In this document: positions 41,069 through 51,088 of the stretch, in pieces
Layout: each line of letters begins with the position of its first letter
Position numbering within the stretch: position 1 is the stretch's first letter
NCBI GenBank assembly: GCA_016720685.1
Contig: JADKKC010000007.1
Span: 15,426-79,425, forward strand
Reading direction: 5' to 3'
Length of the DNA stretch: 64,000 nt
Source: Zoogloea sp.
Lineage (GTDB): Bacteria > Pseudomonadota > Gammaproteobacteria > Burkholderiales > Rhodocyclaceae
Translations under genes and position numbers: made by a program
The notes under the pieces: generated by a model
What the model was told of the DNA's origin: nothing
Databases searched by the model: none
The model's input: only the letters and a program-made list of their open reading frames with translations

Positions 41069-42618
41069 AACCCGCCGCAGCCCTGGCCGCCGGCCTTGCC
41101 CTCGCCGTGGCCGGCGCAGCCGGCGGATACTGGCTCGGCCAGCACCCGGCCCAGGAGCACACGGCTGCCACCACTCAGACCGATGGCGGCAAGCCGGCGC
41201 CCAAACTACTGTATTACCGCAACCCCATGGGCCTGGCGGATACATCGCCAACACCCAAGAAAGACCCGATGGGGATGGACTACATCCCGGTGTACGAAGG
41301 CGAAACCAGCGAAGAACCCGCGGCGGCCGGCACCTTGCGCATCAGCACCGAAAAAATCCAGAAACTCGGCGTGCGCACCGAAAAGGCCGAACTGCGCAGC
41401 CTCGACAAGCAGGTGCGCGCCACCGGCCGCGTCGAGCCCGACGAGCAGCGCATCTACACCATCACGCCCAAGTTCGAAGGCTATGTGGAACGCCTGCACG
41501 TGAACATCACCGGCCAGCCGGTTGCCAAAGGCCAGGCGCTGTTTGACGTTTACAGCCCGGAACTCGTCTCTGCCCAACGGGAATACGCGATCGCCGCCGA
41601 AGGCGTCGCCGCGCTTAAGAATGCCGGAAACGAGGCGCAGGCCGGCATGAAGCAACTCGCCGAATCCGCCCTGACGCGCCTTCGCAACTGGGATGTCCCG
41701 GAAGAACAGATCCGCGCACTGGCCAGGTCCGGGGCCACGCGACGCACGCTCGGCTTCCGCTCGCCGGTGGCCGGCATCGTGACCGAAAAGAAAGCCCTGC
41801 AAGGCATGCGCTTCATGCCCGGCGAAAGCCTTTACCAGATTGCCGACCTCTCCCGCGTGTGGGTTGTGGCGGATGTTGTCGAACAGGACATCGGCCTTGT
41901 GCACAGCGGCGCCACCGCCCGCGTGCGCATCGACGCCTATCCGGACAAGGTGTTCGAGGGCCGCATCGGCTATGTGTATCCCACCCTCAACGCCGAAACC
42001 CGCACGGTAGCGGTGCGCATCGAACTGGCCAATCCGGGCCTGCTGCTCAAGCCGGCGATGTTCGCCCGGGTCGACATTCCGGTGGGTGGCAAGGGGCAGG
42101 TGGTGACGGTGCCGACATCCGCAGTGATCGACAGCGGCACACGCCGGATCGTGCTCGTCGCGCTGGGCGAAGGCCGCTTCGCGCCGCGGGAGGTCAAGCT
42201 CGGCGCCCGCGACGACAATCACGTGCAAGTTCTCGAAGGCGTACAGGCCGGCGAGGACGTCGTCGTTACAGCCAACTTCCTGATCGACGCCGAGAGCAAT
42301 CTGAAAGCCGCGCTCGGCAGCTTCGAAGCTCCCGGCCAGACGCCTCCCGTGGCTAAAGGCGCCGGACACCGGGCGGACGCCACCGTCGAAAGTCTCGACA
42401 CCCAGGCCGGCACGGTGATGCTCGAACACGGCCCGGTAGCCAGCCTCAAATGGCCGGCCATGAGCATGGAGTTCAAGCTGGTCAACCCGGCCCAGCAAAG
42501 CAGCCTTGCGCCCGGCGCAAAGGTGACGGTGGAGTTCGTCGAGCGCCAGCCGGGCGAATGGGTCATCACCTCGGTCAGCCCGCGCAGCGCTGCACCCACG
42601 CCGCATGCCGGCCACTGA
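41065..42618 (+). CDS. cusB: efflux RND periplasmic adaptor CusB with fused C-terminal CusF-like domain
   Basis: ATG at 41065 (MKPAAALAAGLALAVAG...). The heavy-metal adaptor N-terminus reads YYRNPMGLADTSPTPKKDPMGMDYIPVY. The C-terminal ~90 aa (ATVESLDTQAGTVMLEHGPVASLKWPAMSMEFKL...) repeats the CusF fold motif. Confidence 0.9.
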   Translation: MKPAAALAAGLALAVAGAAGGYWLGQHPAQEHTAATTQTDGGKPAPKLLYYRNPMGLADTSPTPKKDPMGMDYIPVYEGETSEEPAAAGTLRISTEKIQKLGVRTEKAELRSLDKQVRATGRVEPDEQRIYTITPKFEGYVERLHVNITGQPVAKGQALFDVYSPELVSAQREYAIAAEGVAALKNAGNEAQAGMKQLAESALTRLRNWDVPEEQIRALARSGATRRTLGFRSPVAGIVTEKKALQGMRFMPGESLYQIADLSRVWVVADVVEQDIGLVHSGATARVRIDAYPDKVFEGRIGYVYPTLNAETRTVAVRIELANPGLLLKPAMFARVDIPVGGKGQVVTVPTSAVIDSGTRRIVLVALGEGRFAPREVKLGARDDNHVQVLEGVQAGEDVVVTANFLIDAESNLKAALGSFEAPGQTPPVAKGAGHRADATVESLDTQAGTVMLEHGPVASLKWPAMSMEFKLVNPAQQSSLAPGAKVTVEFVERQPGEWVITSVSPRSAAPTPHAGH

Positions 42619-42630
42619 CGGAGCACCGCA

Positions 42631-45600
42631 ATGCTCGCCAAGCTGATCGACTGGTCAGGCAGGAACCGCTTCCTTGTCCTGCTGGCCACCCTCTTCGTCA
42701 TCATCGCCGGCATCATCGCCGTGCTGCGCACCCCGATCGACGCGCTGCCGGATCTCTCCGACGTGCAGGTCATCGTCTACACCGAATACCCCGGCCAGGC
42801 GCCGCAGGTGGTGGAAGACCAGGTGACTTACCCGCTCACCACGGCGATGCTGGCGGTACCCAAATCCCGGGTGGTGCGCGGCTTCTCGTTTTTCGGCGCG
42901 TCCTTCGTCTATGTGATTTTCGAGGACGGAACAGACATCTACTGGGCCCGTTCGCGGGTGCTGGAATACCTCAACTTCGCCTCCGGCCGCATGCCCAAAG
43001 GCGTCACACCGCAGATCGGGCCGGACGCCACCGGCGTGGGCTGGGTGTACCAGTACGCCCTCATCGCCAAAGACAAAACCCTTGCCGAGCTGCGCACGCT
43101 CCAGGACTGGTACGTGCGCTACCCGCTCACCAAAACCCACGGCGTTGCCGAAGTGGCCTCCATCGGCGGCTTTGTCCAGACTTACCAGGTCACCGTCGAT
43201 CCGGCCAAGCTGCGCGCCTACGGCATTCCGCTGATGAAGGTCGCCCAGGTCATCCGCGACTCCAACCGCGACGTGGGCGGCCGCGTGGTGGAAATGGCCG
43301 AAACCGAATACATGGTGCGCGGCAAGGGCTACCTGCGCGGCCGGGACGACATCGAACTGCTGGTGGTGAAGGCCGAGCGCGGCACGCCGGTGCTGATACG
43401 CGACATCGCGCGGGTCGAGCTGGCGCCGGACGAGCGCCGCGGGCTGACCGAACTGAACGGAGAAGGCGAAGTGGTCTCCGGCATCGCCATGGCCCGCTAC
43501 GGCGAAAACGCACTGGAAGTCATCCACAAGCTCAAAACCCGGATCGAGGAAATCGGCCCCGGCCTGCCGCCGGGCGTCACGGTGCAAACGGTTTACGACC
43601 GCTCCGAACTCATCCACCGGGCCATCGAAACCCTCAAGGCCACCCTGATCGAAGAGTCGATCATCGTCGCGCTGGTGTGCGTGGTCTTTCTGATGCATGT
43701 GCGAAGCGCGCTGGTGGCGATCCTGATGCTGCCGGTCGGCGTCCTGATGGCGTTCATCGCCATGCGCCTGCTGGGCATGAGCTCCAACCTGATGAGCCTG
43801 GGCGGCATCGCGATCGCCATCGGCGCCATGATAGACGCCGCCATCGTGATGATAGAAAACGCCCACAAGCACCTCGAACGCCTGCCCGAGTCGCACTCAT
43901 CCGGGGATCGCCTGGACGCCATGCTGACCGCCTGCCGGGAAGTGGGCCCGGCGCTGTTCTTCTCGCTCCTGATCATCACCGTCTCCTTCATGCCGGTCTT
44001 TGCGCTCGAAGGCCAGGAAGGTCGCCTGTTCTCGCCGCTGGCCTGGACAAAAACCTTCTCCATGGCCGGCGCCGCGATCCTGTCGGTCACGCTGGTTCCG
44101 GTGCTGATGATGCTGTTCATCCGCGGCCGGATCATGCCGGAAGCCCGCAACCCGGTGAATCGCGTGCTGATCCGGCTCTACCGGCCCATCATCGCCGCGG
44201 TGATGCGCTGGAAAAAACTCACCATCATGCTGGCCGTGCTGGCGCTGCTCGCGTCGATCTACCCGGCCTCACGCCTGGGCTCGGAGTTCATGCCGACCCT
44301 CAACGAAGGCACCCTGCTCTACATGCCCACGTCCCTGCCCGGCATGTCGATGACCAAGGCGGCCGAACTGATGCAGACCCAGGACAAGATCATCAAGAGT
44401 TTCCCGGAAGTCGCATCGGTTCTGGGCAAGGCCGGCCGCGCCAACACGGCCACCGACCCGGCACCGACCGAGATGTTCGAAACCACCATCAACCTCAAGC
44501 CCCAAGAGGAATGGCGCCCGGGCATGACGACCGACACGCTCATCGCAGAACTCGACAAGGCACTGCAGTTTCCCGGCGTAGCCAACGCCTGGACGATGCC
44601 GATCAAGGCCCGCACCGACATGCTGTCCACCGGCATCCGCACACCGATCGGCATCAAGGTTTTCGGCAAGGATCTGGATGAGATGGAAAAACTTGCCCGG
44701 GAGATCGAAGCCGTCGTCAAAACGGTGCCGGGCACCAGCAGCGCCTTCGCCGAGCGCATCACCGGCGGCTTCTATCTGAACATCGAACCCGAGCGCAGCC
44801 AGCTGGCCCGCTACGGCCTGACGGTTGGCGAAGTTCAGGACGTGATCGGCAGCGCCCTCGGCGGCGAGATGGTGACCACCACCGTCCAAGGCCGCGAGCG
44901 CTTCGGCGTCAGCGTGCGCTACCCGCGCGAACTGCGCGCCAGCCCCGAACAGATCGCCCGCGAAGTGCTGGTGCCTGTCATGGGCGGCGCCATGCTGCCC
45001 CTTGGGCAACTGGCCAAGGTCGAGGTCGCCAAAGGCACGCCGGGCATCCGCACCGAGAACGCGCAGCTCGCAGCCTACATCTACGTGGATATCCGCGGCC
45101 GCGACATCGGCGGCTACGTGGCCGAAGCCAAAAAGGCAGTGGCCGATAAGGTGAAGTTTCCGCCGGGTTACTACGTGAGCTGGAGCGGCCAGTTCGAGTT
45201 CATGGAGCGCGCCGCTGCAAAGATGAAGATCGTCATCCCGATCACCCTGCTCACCATCTTCCTGCTGCTCTATCTCAATTTCCGGCGTCTCACCGAAACC
45301 CTGATCGTGATGCTCTCGGTGCCCTTTGCGCTGGTGGGCGGAATCTGGCTGATGTGGCTGCTGGACTACAACCTGTCGGTTGCGGTGGCGGTCGGCTTCA
45401 TCGCGCTGGCAGGCGTGGCGGCTGAAACCGGCGTGGTCATGCTGATTTATCTCGACCACGCCTGGGCCGCCACCAGGGCAAAGTGCCTGGCCAGCGGACG
45501 CGCGCCCGGCCCTGCCGATCTCTACCTGGCGGTGATGGAAGGCGCCGTCGAACGGGTCCGCCCGAAGATGATGACCGTCGTCGCAATCACCGCCGGACTG

Positions 45601-45774
45601 CTGCCCATCATGTGGGGAACCGGCACCGGCTCCGAAGTCATGAGCCGCATCGCCGCCCCGATGGTTGGCGGAATGATCTCGTCGACCCTCCTGACCCTCG
45701 CCGTCATCCCGGCGATCTACGCGCTGACCAAACAATGGCAACTGCAACGCAGCACAAAAGGCGGCACGGCCTGA
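42631..45774 (+). CDS. cusA: CusA/CzcA family heavy-metal efflux RND transporter
   Basis: 1047 aa. N-terminus MLAKLIDWSGRNRFLVLLATLFV. 12-TM RND architecture in the cusFCBA gene order. Confidence 0.95.
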   Translation: MLAKLIDWSGRNRFLVLLATLFVIIAGIIAVLRTPIDALPDLSDVQVIVYTEYPGQAPQVVEDQVTYPLTTAMLAVPKSRVVRGFSFFGASFVYVIFEDGTDIYWARSRVLEYLNFASGRMPKGVTPQIGPDATGVGWVYQYALIAKDKTLAELRTLQDWYVRYPLTKTHGVAEVASIGGFVQTYQVTVDPAKLRAYGIPLMKVAQVIRDSNRDVGGRVVEMAETEYMVRGKGYLRGRDDIELLVVKAERGTPVLIRDIARVELAPDERRGLTELNGEGEVVSGIAMARYGENALEVIHKLKTRIEEIGPGLPPGVTVQTVYDRSELIHRAIETLKATLIEESIIVALVCVVFLMHVRSALVAILMLPVGVLMAFIAMRLLGMSSNLMSLGGIAIAIGAMIDAAIVMIENAHKHLERLPESHSSGDRLDAMLTACREVGPALFFSLLIITVSFMPVFALEGQEGRLFSPLAWTKTFSMAGAAILSVTLVPVLMMLFIRGRIMPEARNPVNRVLIRLYRPIIAAVMRWKKLTIMLAVLALLASIYPASRLGSEFMPTLNEGTLLYMPTSLPGMSMTKAAELMQTQDKIIKSFPEVASVLGKAGRANTATDPAPTEMFETTINLKPQEEWRPGMTTDTLIAELDKALQFPGVANAWTMPIKARTDMLSTGIRTPIGIKVFGKDLDEMEKLAREIEAVVKTVPGTSSAFAERITGGFYLNIEPERSQLARYGLTVGEVQDVIGSALGGEMVTTTVQGRERFGVSVRYPRELRASPEQIAREVLVPVMGGAMLPLGQLAKVEVAKGTPGIRTENAQLAAYIYVDIRGRDIGGYVAEAKKAVADKVKFPPGYYVSWSGQFEFMERAAAKMKIVIPITLLTIFLLLYLNFRRLTETLIVMLSVPFALVGGIWLMWLLDYNLSVAVAVGFIALAGVAAETGVVMLIYLDHAWAATRAKCLASGRAPGPADLYLAVMEGAVERVRPKMMTVVAITAGLLPIMWGTGTGSEVMSRIAAPMVGGMISSTLLTLAVIPAIYALTKQWQLQRSTKGGTA

Positions 45775-46052
45775 AGCTGCGGACATCGTCACAAAGTGAC
45801 CGAAGCAAAGCCTTCAGGGCTTCAGCCAGCAACGTGTCGATACAGGATTTTTATACCCGGACGGCCTTGATGGTGACTCTGCGCCAGCCGCGAACCCCTG
45901 GACGCCGATGACGGAGGCATGAGCCCTGAGGGGATTCCGGCGATTGCCGGAATGGAAGGACCAACGGCAAGGCGCCGCTGAGTGTCACACGCCAACAGAA
46001 CCGGATCCTGACTGCCCGGCCACGCCGCTGCAACCAGGATCCGTACGCTGTC

Positions 46053-47760
46053 TTACTTGTCTTTCGAGACTTCAAGCGCCGCCGCATTCACCTTGACGTC
46101 GTAGCGCTTGCGCAGCATGGAGAGATATGCCGAGAAATCCTGCTCGGCGAGCACCCGCGTGTATTGCTGCTTGATCGCGCCCAGACGCGGATCGCCTTCC
46201 TTGGCAAGCGGGCGAGTCAGCTTCTCGATGCGGAACAGGCCATAGCCGCCACCCGGAATCCGCGCGCCGGCATAACTCGGCAACTTGTCTCCCGCAGCAC
46301 GGAAAACTGCGCGAACAGCCTCGCGCGGCAGGCTCTGGTCGCCGCGCTGCATCGAACGCGGCGCACTCCACGGCAGATTGACAGCCTCGCCCTTGACCAA
46401 CAGGGCCAGCTTGGCTTCGCCATCCTTTTCAGCAAGACTTACCGCTTCGTCAGTGACCAGGCCCTTTTCGATGACCGCCTTGACTTCCTCAAACGGGCGA
46501 AGCGTCGCCGGCTTGAATTCACTCACCCGCGCCGACACCAGTGTGCCGTTGCCAACGTCGATCGCAGCGGTATTGCGCTTGTTTTTTACGGCGTCGTCCG
46601 AAAACAGCTCGGAGACAAGCTTTTCATTGTCGAAAGGCGCGGGCGCCTTGCCGCTGCGGCCAGAGCTTGATGATGTGAAAACCGAAGTCGGACTGGATGA
46701 CATCGGAAACTTCGCCTTCCCGGGACAGACCGAAAGCCGTGTCTTCAAGCGCCTTGACCATCGCGCCACGCGGGAAAAAGCCAAGATCGCCCCCCTTCTC
46801 CGTAGAGCCCGGATCCTGCGAATTCTCCTTGGCCAGCTTCGCGAAATCGGCTGGGTTTGCCTTGATCTGCTTGAGAACCGCCTCCGCCTTTTCACGCGCA
46901 GATTTGATCACCGCATCTCCGGCACCCTTGTCGGCCTGGATCAGGATATGGCTCGCCCGCCGTTCCTCAGCCTGACGAAAGCGCTCCGGATGCGCGTCGT
47001 ACTCCTTGCGAATATCCGCGTCGCCCACCACAAGCTGATCGGCAACGGCCTCCTTGCTGAGAACAATGTACTCAGCACGAACCTGGGCCGGCAACTCGAA
47101 CCGCTTGCGATTCGTCTCGTAGTATTTCTGTGCGGCGTCGTCCGGCAGCTTCACGGCAGATGCAAACTGCTGCGCGGCCAGCTGGACTTCACTCACGACC
47201 CGCTCTTCGAACTGAACAGCGTAAACCTGCTCTACCGACGCACGTGGAACCATGACCCCCTCAGCGACCGCGCCAAGCACCTGCTGCAGCGCAAGATCGC
47301 GACGCAGGCTTGACTCAAAGACCTGGGGCACCATGCCTTGCGACTTGAGGACCGCCTCATAACGCGGCTGTGAAAAGTGGCCGTTGTCCTGGAAAGCAGG
47401 GATGCCAACGATCGTGTCACGGACGCGCTCGTCGGAAACCGCGAGGTGCATTTTGGAGGCGTCGATTGCAAGCAGGCGCTGGTTAACCAGGTTTTCGAGG
47501 ACAGCCCTCCGTGCCTCGGTGGTTTCCATCATCGCAGGGTTGAAGTTCTCCCCCAGCGAGCCGCGCAGCCTCTCCTGCTGCTCACGCAGCGCCTGTTGAA
47601 ATTCGGCCTGCTGAATCGGCGTGCCGGCGACAGTGGCAAGATCTTCACCTCCCGACATATTCTTGACGTACGAATCCACCCCCCAGAACGCGAAGGGAAG
47701 TGTGATCAATAGCAGGAATCCCTGGACGATCTTCTTGTTGTTGCGTACGGCGTCGAACAT
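46053..47760 (-). pseudogene. ppiD: periplasmic chaperone / peptidyl-prolyl isomerase PpiD, 1-nt frameshift
   Basis: The N-terminal 360+ aa (MFDAVRNNKKIVQGFLLLITLPFAFWG..., parvulin domain ...FGFHIIKL) are in ORF 46624..47760. The continuation (GRSGKAPAPFDNEKLVSELF...YDVKVNAAALEVSKDK) is in ORF 46053..46895. The frames switch at about 46660..46665. Confidence 0.85.
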
Positions 47761-47810
47761 GCTGAATCCTCAGTTGCTGCTGACAGGCTGGCGATTTACT
47801 GGTTGAAAAC

Positions 47811-47837
47811 GCAAAAAAGGCGAACTCTCGTTCGCCT
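47811..47837 (-). terminator. rho-independent terminator (minus strand) downstream of the tRNA genes
   Basis: On the minus strand: AGGCGAAC-GAGA-GTTCGCCT followed by TTTTTTGCGTTTT. Confidence 0.75.
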
Positions 47838-48025
47838 CTCGTCGTTTGCTAGTGTAAAGGCAAAGCTGAGCTCTGCGATACAGGCCGGATCAACTCGTTT
47901 GCGTTGCTCTAGCGGCTCGAATCAGATCAATGTAGACCCCACATCAGGCTCTTGGAAGTCTACATGCAGGAAAGGCTTGAAACAAGCCTTCCACACTCCA
48001 TCCGGACAGTAATGAACTTGTTCAA

Positions 48026-48056
48026 AACAAAAAAGCCACCGAAGTGGCTTTTTTTC
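48026..48056. terminator. bidirectional hairpin terminator
   Basis: AACAAAAAAGCCAC-CGAA-GTGGCTTTTTTT. A-tract and T-tract flank a 6-7 bp stem. Confidence 0.7.
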
Positions 48057-48085
48057 GTTGCAACTACCGATTCACAACGTAATGT

Positions 48086-48162
48086 TGGCGGAGTGGACGG
48101 GACTCGAACCCGCGACCCCCGGCGTGACAGGCCGGTATTCTAACCAACTGAACTACCACTCC
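48086..48162 (-). tRNA. tRNA-Asp (anticodon GTC)
   Basis: The reverse complement is GGAGTGGTAGTTCAGTTGGTTAGAATACCGGCCTGTCACGCCGGGGGTCGCGGGTTCGAGTCCCGTCCACTCCGCCA. It folds as a cloverleaf with anticodon loop CTGTCAC and an encoded CCA. Confidence 0.95.
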
Positions 48163-48188
48163 AAGGTACAGCTCACTTCTCACGGATG

Positions 48189-48264
48189 TGGTGGGTGCTG
48201 ACGGGGTCGAACCGCCGACATTCGCCTTGTAAGGGCGACGCTCTACCGACTGAGCTAAGCACCC
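48189..48264 (-). tRNA. tRNA-Val (anticodon TAC)
   Basis: The reverse complement is GGGTGCTTAGCTCAGTCGGTAGAGCGTCGCCCTTACAAGGCGAATGTCGGCGGTTCGACCCCGTCAGCACCCACCA. The anticodon loop is CTTACAA and CCA is encoded. Confidence 0.95.
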
Positions 48265-48301
48265 GTCCGATCGCTCGAAACACTACGCGATAAAGAGACA
48301 A

Positions 48302-48574
48302 TTAGTTTAGCGCATCTTTTAATGCTTTGCCAGGTCTAAATTTCGGAATCTTGGCTGACTTGATCTTGATCGCCGCGCCAGTCCTCGGGTTTCTGCCCGT
48401 TCGAGCTTCCCGCCTGCCCACATGGAATGTCCCAAAGCCAACCAATGTCACGCTGCCGCCACTCGTCAGAGTCTGCGTCACAGCAGAGATGGCCGCATCC
48501 AGCACCCTAACTGCAACAGTCTTGGAAATTTCAGCGTCAGCAGCTATATGGTCAATCAATTCAGATTTGTTCAC
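48302..48574 (-). CDS. hupB: HU family DNA-binding protein
   Basis: GTG at 48574 gives 90 aa: [12 protein letters not shown]...[26 protein letters not shown].... The upstream part of ORF 48302..48661 is not HU-like. Confidence 0.9.
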   Translation of the reverse strand: MNKSELIDHIAADAEISKTVAVRVLDAAISAVTQTLTSGGSVTLVGFGTFHVGRREARTGRNPRTGAAIKIKSAKIPKFRPGKALKDALN

Positions 48575-48900
48575 ACTCGCCCCCTCGTCACGGAAATTAA
48601 CAAACAGAAAATTCCGGCATCCAGCACTGGCGCGGCGGCATTTTGACAACTCTGCAGGCACCGCTACCTGTTAAATATATAACGCGCGAAAAATCGCAGT
48701 GTCAAGAAGGATTGACCGGCACATCTCGAAACCCGTCACGAAACAAGCTTGATTCATGTTGGCCAGCCCCAAACTCGATCAATGGGAAGGACTTAAGGCG
48801 ATCAAGCGTGAGGCAGTCGCCAAGCCACCAGGCCACTTCCCCTGCCACACCACCCGGCACATAGATCCGGGCTATAGACAAGCATGCCCATGCTCGCCAC

Positions 48901-48934
48901 AAAACAAAAAAGGACCGCAACGCGATCCTTTTTT
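48901..48934. terminator. hairpin terminator downstream of rpsT
   Basis: AAAAAAGGACCGC-AAC-GCGATCCTTTTTT (one mismatch in the stem), with A/T tracts on both sides. Confidence 0.65.
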
Positions 48935-48983
48935 AAACCAACGCAAGAGCTCTATCTGAGCTCCTTCGCCTGGTTAGTGCAAC

Positions 48984-49262
48984 TTAGGCAGCAACAGCTG
49001 CGCCCATCGCCTTGATAGCGGAGGACAGACGGCTCTTGTGGCGTGCGGCCTTGTTCTTGTGAATAATTTTCTTGTCAGCAATGCTGTCGATCGTGCGCTG
49101 AGAAGAGACAAACACCTGCTGAGCCACTTGCTTGTCACCAACGCCGATCGCCTTGCGGACGGCCTTGATGGCGGTACGCAGACGCGAACGCAGGCTCATG
49201 TTGAGGGCGCGGGCCTTAACAGCTTGACGGGCGCGCTTACGGGCTTGTGCCGAATTGGCCAT
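48984..49262 (-). CDS. rpsT: 30S ribosomal protein S20
   Basis: ATG at 49262 gives [39 protein letters not shown].... Confidence 0.95.
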   Translation of the reverse strand: MANSAQARKRARQAVKARALNMSLRSRLRTAIKAVRKAIGVGDKQVAQQVFVSSQRTIDSIADKKIIHKNKAARHKSRLSSAIKAMGAAVAA

Positions 49263-49760
49263 CTTGTAGTAATCCTGAAATAAATGCAGTGAAGCCTTGG
49301 ATTGTATTGGAAAACACACCCACCTGGCAAGCCATTTATATGGTCTTCATCTCGCCATTCACGCGCGCTCAAATCCAGGCATCGACCCGGCATTACCGGC
49401 AGAGCCGCCGCCCCCGATGCATGTTCAAAACCATGCCGTAGCCTTATCACTGACCAGGGCAGCTTTTGAACCCTACCCGACACGCTCTACAGGAAATGCT
49501 CAACGCGCTATCGCCACAGCGCGGCCGTAGCGGTTCTGTCCCGATGCCCGCCTCCGTACTCACGTGCACATCCGGAGTTGCAGCAAGGCTTCGGGATCGT
49601 CAGCACCCAGCCCTTTCAGCCATCGTTAAACCCGAATGGCGCCAACCGGGCCGCAGCCGTTTGTATCCATCAAGAGGAGATCCCACGTCAGCGCACCCAG
49701 CCGGCCATCTGGCGGCCACGCGATCATCCGCGCAGCACTCAAACCCTCGACGAAAGACAT

Positions 49761-49790
49761 AAAAAAACCGGAACCTGTTTAGGGTTCCGG
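49761..49790 (-). terminator. rho-independent terminator downstream of the thiolase gene
   Basis: On the minus strand: CCGGAACC-CTAAACA-GGTTCCGG followed by TTTTTTT. Confidence 0.75.
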
Positions 49791-49874
49791 ATTCTTTAAC
49801 TGAGCACCAGGGCAGCAACGAAACCTTAAACGGACTTCGTTGCTGCCTTGGTGCGGATCTTTCATGCGAATGAA

Positions 49875-51059
49875 TCAGATGCGTTCGAAGATGGTTGCGA
49901 TGCCTTGCCCGCCACCAATACACATCGTCACCAAGGCATAACGACCGCCGGTGCGTTGCAACTCGTAAATAGCCTTGGTGGCAATGAACGCGCCCGAGCA
50001 ACCAACAGGATGGCCGAGAGCAATGGCCCCACCGTTCGTATTGGTCTTGGCCGGATCCAGGCCCAGAACCTTGGAAACCGTCAGAGCCTGGGATGCAAAT
50101 GCTTCGTTGGACTCGATCACATCGATTTGATCGAGGGTCAAACCAGCCTTTTTAAGGGCCAGGATCGTCGCCGGGATCGGACCTTCGCCCATGATCTCGT
50201 TAGGTACGCCGGCAATGGCGTACGAAACCAGACGAGCCATGGGCTTGTAGCCGGAATTCACGGCCGTTGTAGCGTCCGCCAACACGAAAAATGCCGCAGC
50301 ATCATTGATGCCGGAAGCATTTCCGGCGGTAACCGTACCATCCTTCTTGAAGGCCGGCTTCATCTTGGCCAGGGTCTCCATGGTCGTACCGCGCTTCACG
50401 TGCTCATCGGTGTCAAACACAACTTCGCCCTTGCGGGTCTGCTTGACGATCGGAACAATCTGGGACTTGAAGCGGCCTTCGTCGATGGCAACAGCTGCGC
50501 GGCGCTGAGACTCGACTGCTAAAGCATCCTGCTGTTCACGGGTAAAGCCGTGTTTGACAGCCAGATTTTCCGCAGTCATACCCATATGGCCAACGCCGAA
50601 CGGGTCAGTCAGAACGGCAACCATGCTGTCGATGGCCTTGGTGTCACCCATGCGGGCACCGTTGCGCAGCGAAGGCATCAAGTAGGCAGCCTTGGACATC
50701 ACCTCCACGCCACCGCCGATACCGTAGTCTGCGTCGCCCAACAGAATGTTTTGGGCCGTGGTCACGATAGCTTGAAGGCCGGATGAGCACAGACGGCTAA
50801 CCTGCATCGCTACGGACTCCATCGGCAGGCCGGCCTGAATGGACGCAACGCGGGACACATAGGCGTAGCGACCGTCAGTTGGCATACAGTTGCCGACGGT
50901 AACATAGTTGATCAACTGAGGATCGACGCCGGAACGGACAACCGACTCCTTCATCACGATCCCGGCCAGCTCACTGGCTTCGAAATCGGCCAGGGAGCCA
51001 CCAAAGGCACCGACAGCGGAACGAACTGCGCTCAAAACCACAACGTCACGACTAGCCAT
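49875..51059 (-). CDS. acetyl-CoA C-acetyltransferase (thiolase II)
   Basis: ATG at 51059 (MASRDVVVLSAVRSAVGAFGG). Active-site contexts are VSRLCSSGLQAI, GHPVGCSGA and CIGGGQG. Confidence 0.9.
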   Translation of the reverse strand: MASRDVVVLSAVRSAVGAFGGSLADFEASELAGIVMKESVVRSGVDPQLINYVTVGNCMPTDGRYAYVSRVASIQAGLPMESVAMQVSRLCSSGLQAIVTTAQNILLGDADYGIGGGVEVMSKAAYLMPSLRNGARMGDTKAIDSMVAVLTDPFGVGHMGMTAENLAVKHGFTREQQDALAVESQRRAAVAIDEGRFKSQIVPIVKQTRKGEVVFDTDEHVKRGTTMETLAKMKPAFKKDGTVTAGNASGINDAAAFFVLADATTAVNSGYKPMARLVSYAIAGVPNEIMGEGPIPATILALKKAGLTLDQIDVIESNEAFASQALTVSKVLGLDPAKTNTNGGAIALGHPVGCSGAFIATKAIYELQRTGGRYALVTMCIGGGQGIATIFERI

Positions 51060-51088
51060 CTGTATTCCTCCTCTCAATTGCTACGAAA

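Noticed and set aside
42450-44681. 743-aa same-strand alternative-frame ORF inside cusB/cusA. Similar Arg/Pro-rich alternative-frame ORFs occur at 21603..23120, 14878..15885 and 35504..36475.
   Set aside because: The translations are low-complexity and Arg/Pro/Gly-rich. The real frame encodes a complete RND, ABC, MATE or DnaE2 protein.
45775-46052. Possible small gene or regulatory RNA downstream of cusA (hairpin ATTCCGGC-GAT-TGCCGGAAT at ~45932..45952).
   Set aside because: There is only one short hairpin, no terminator-like T-tract, no credible ORF and no recognisable motif. Evidence is insufficient.
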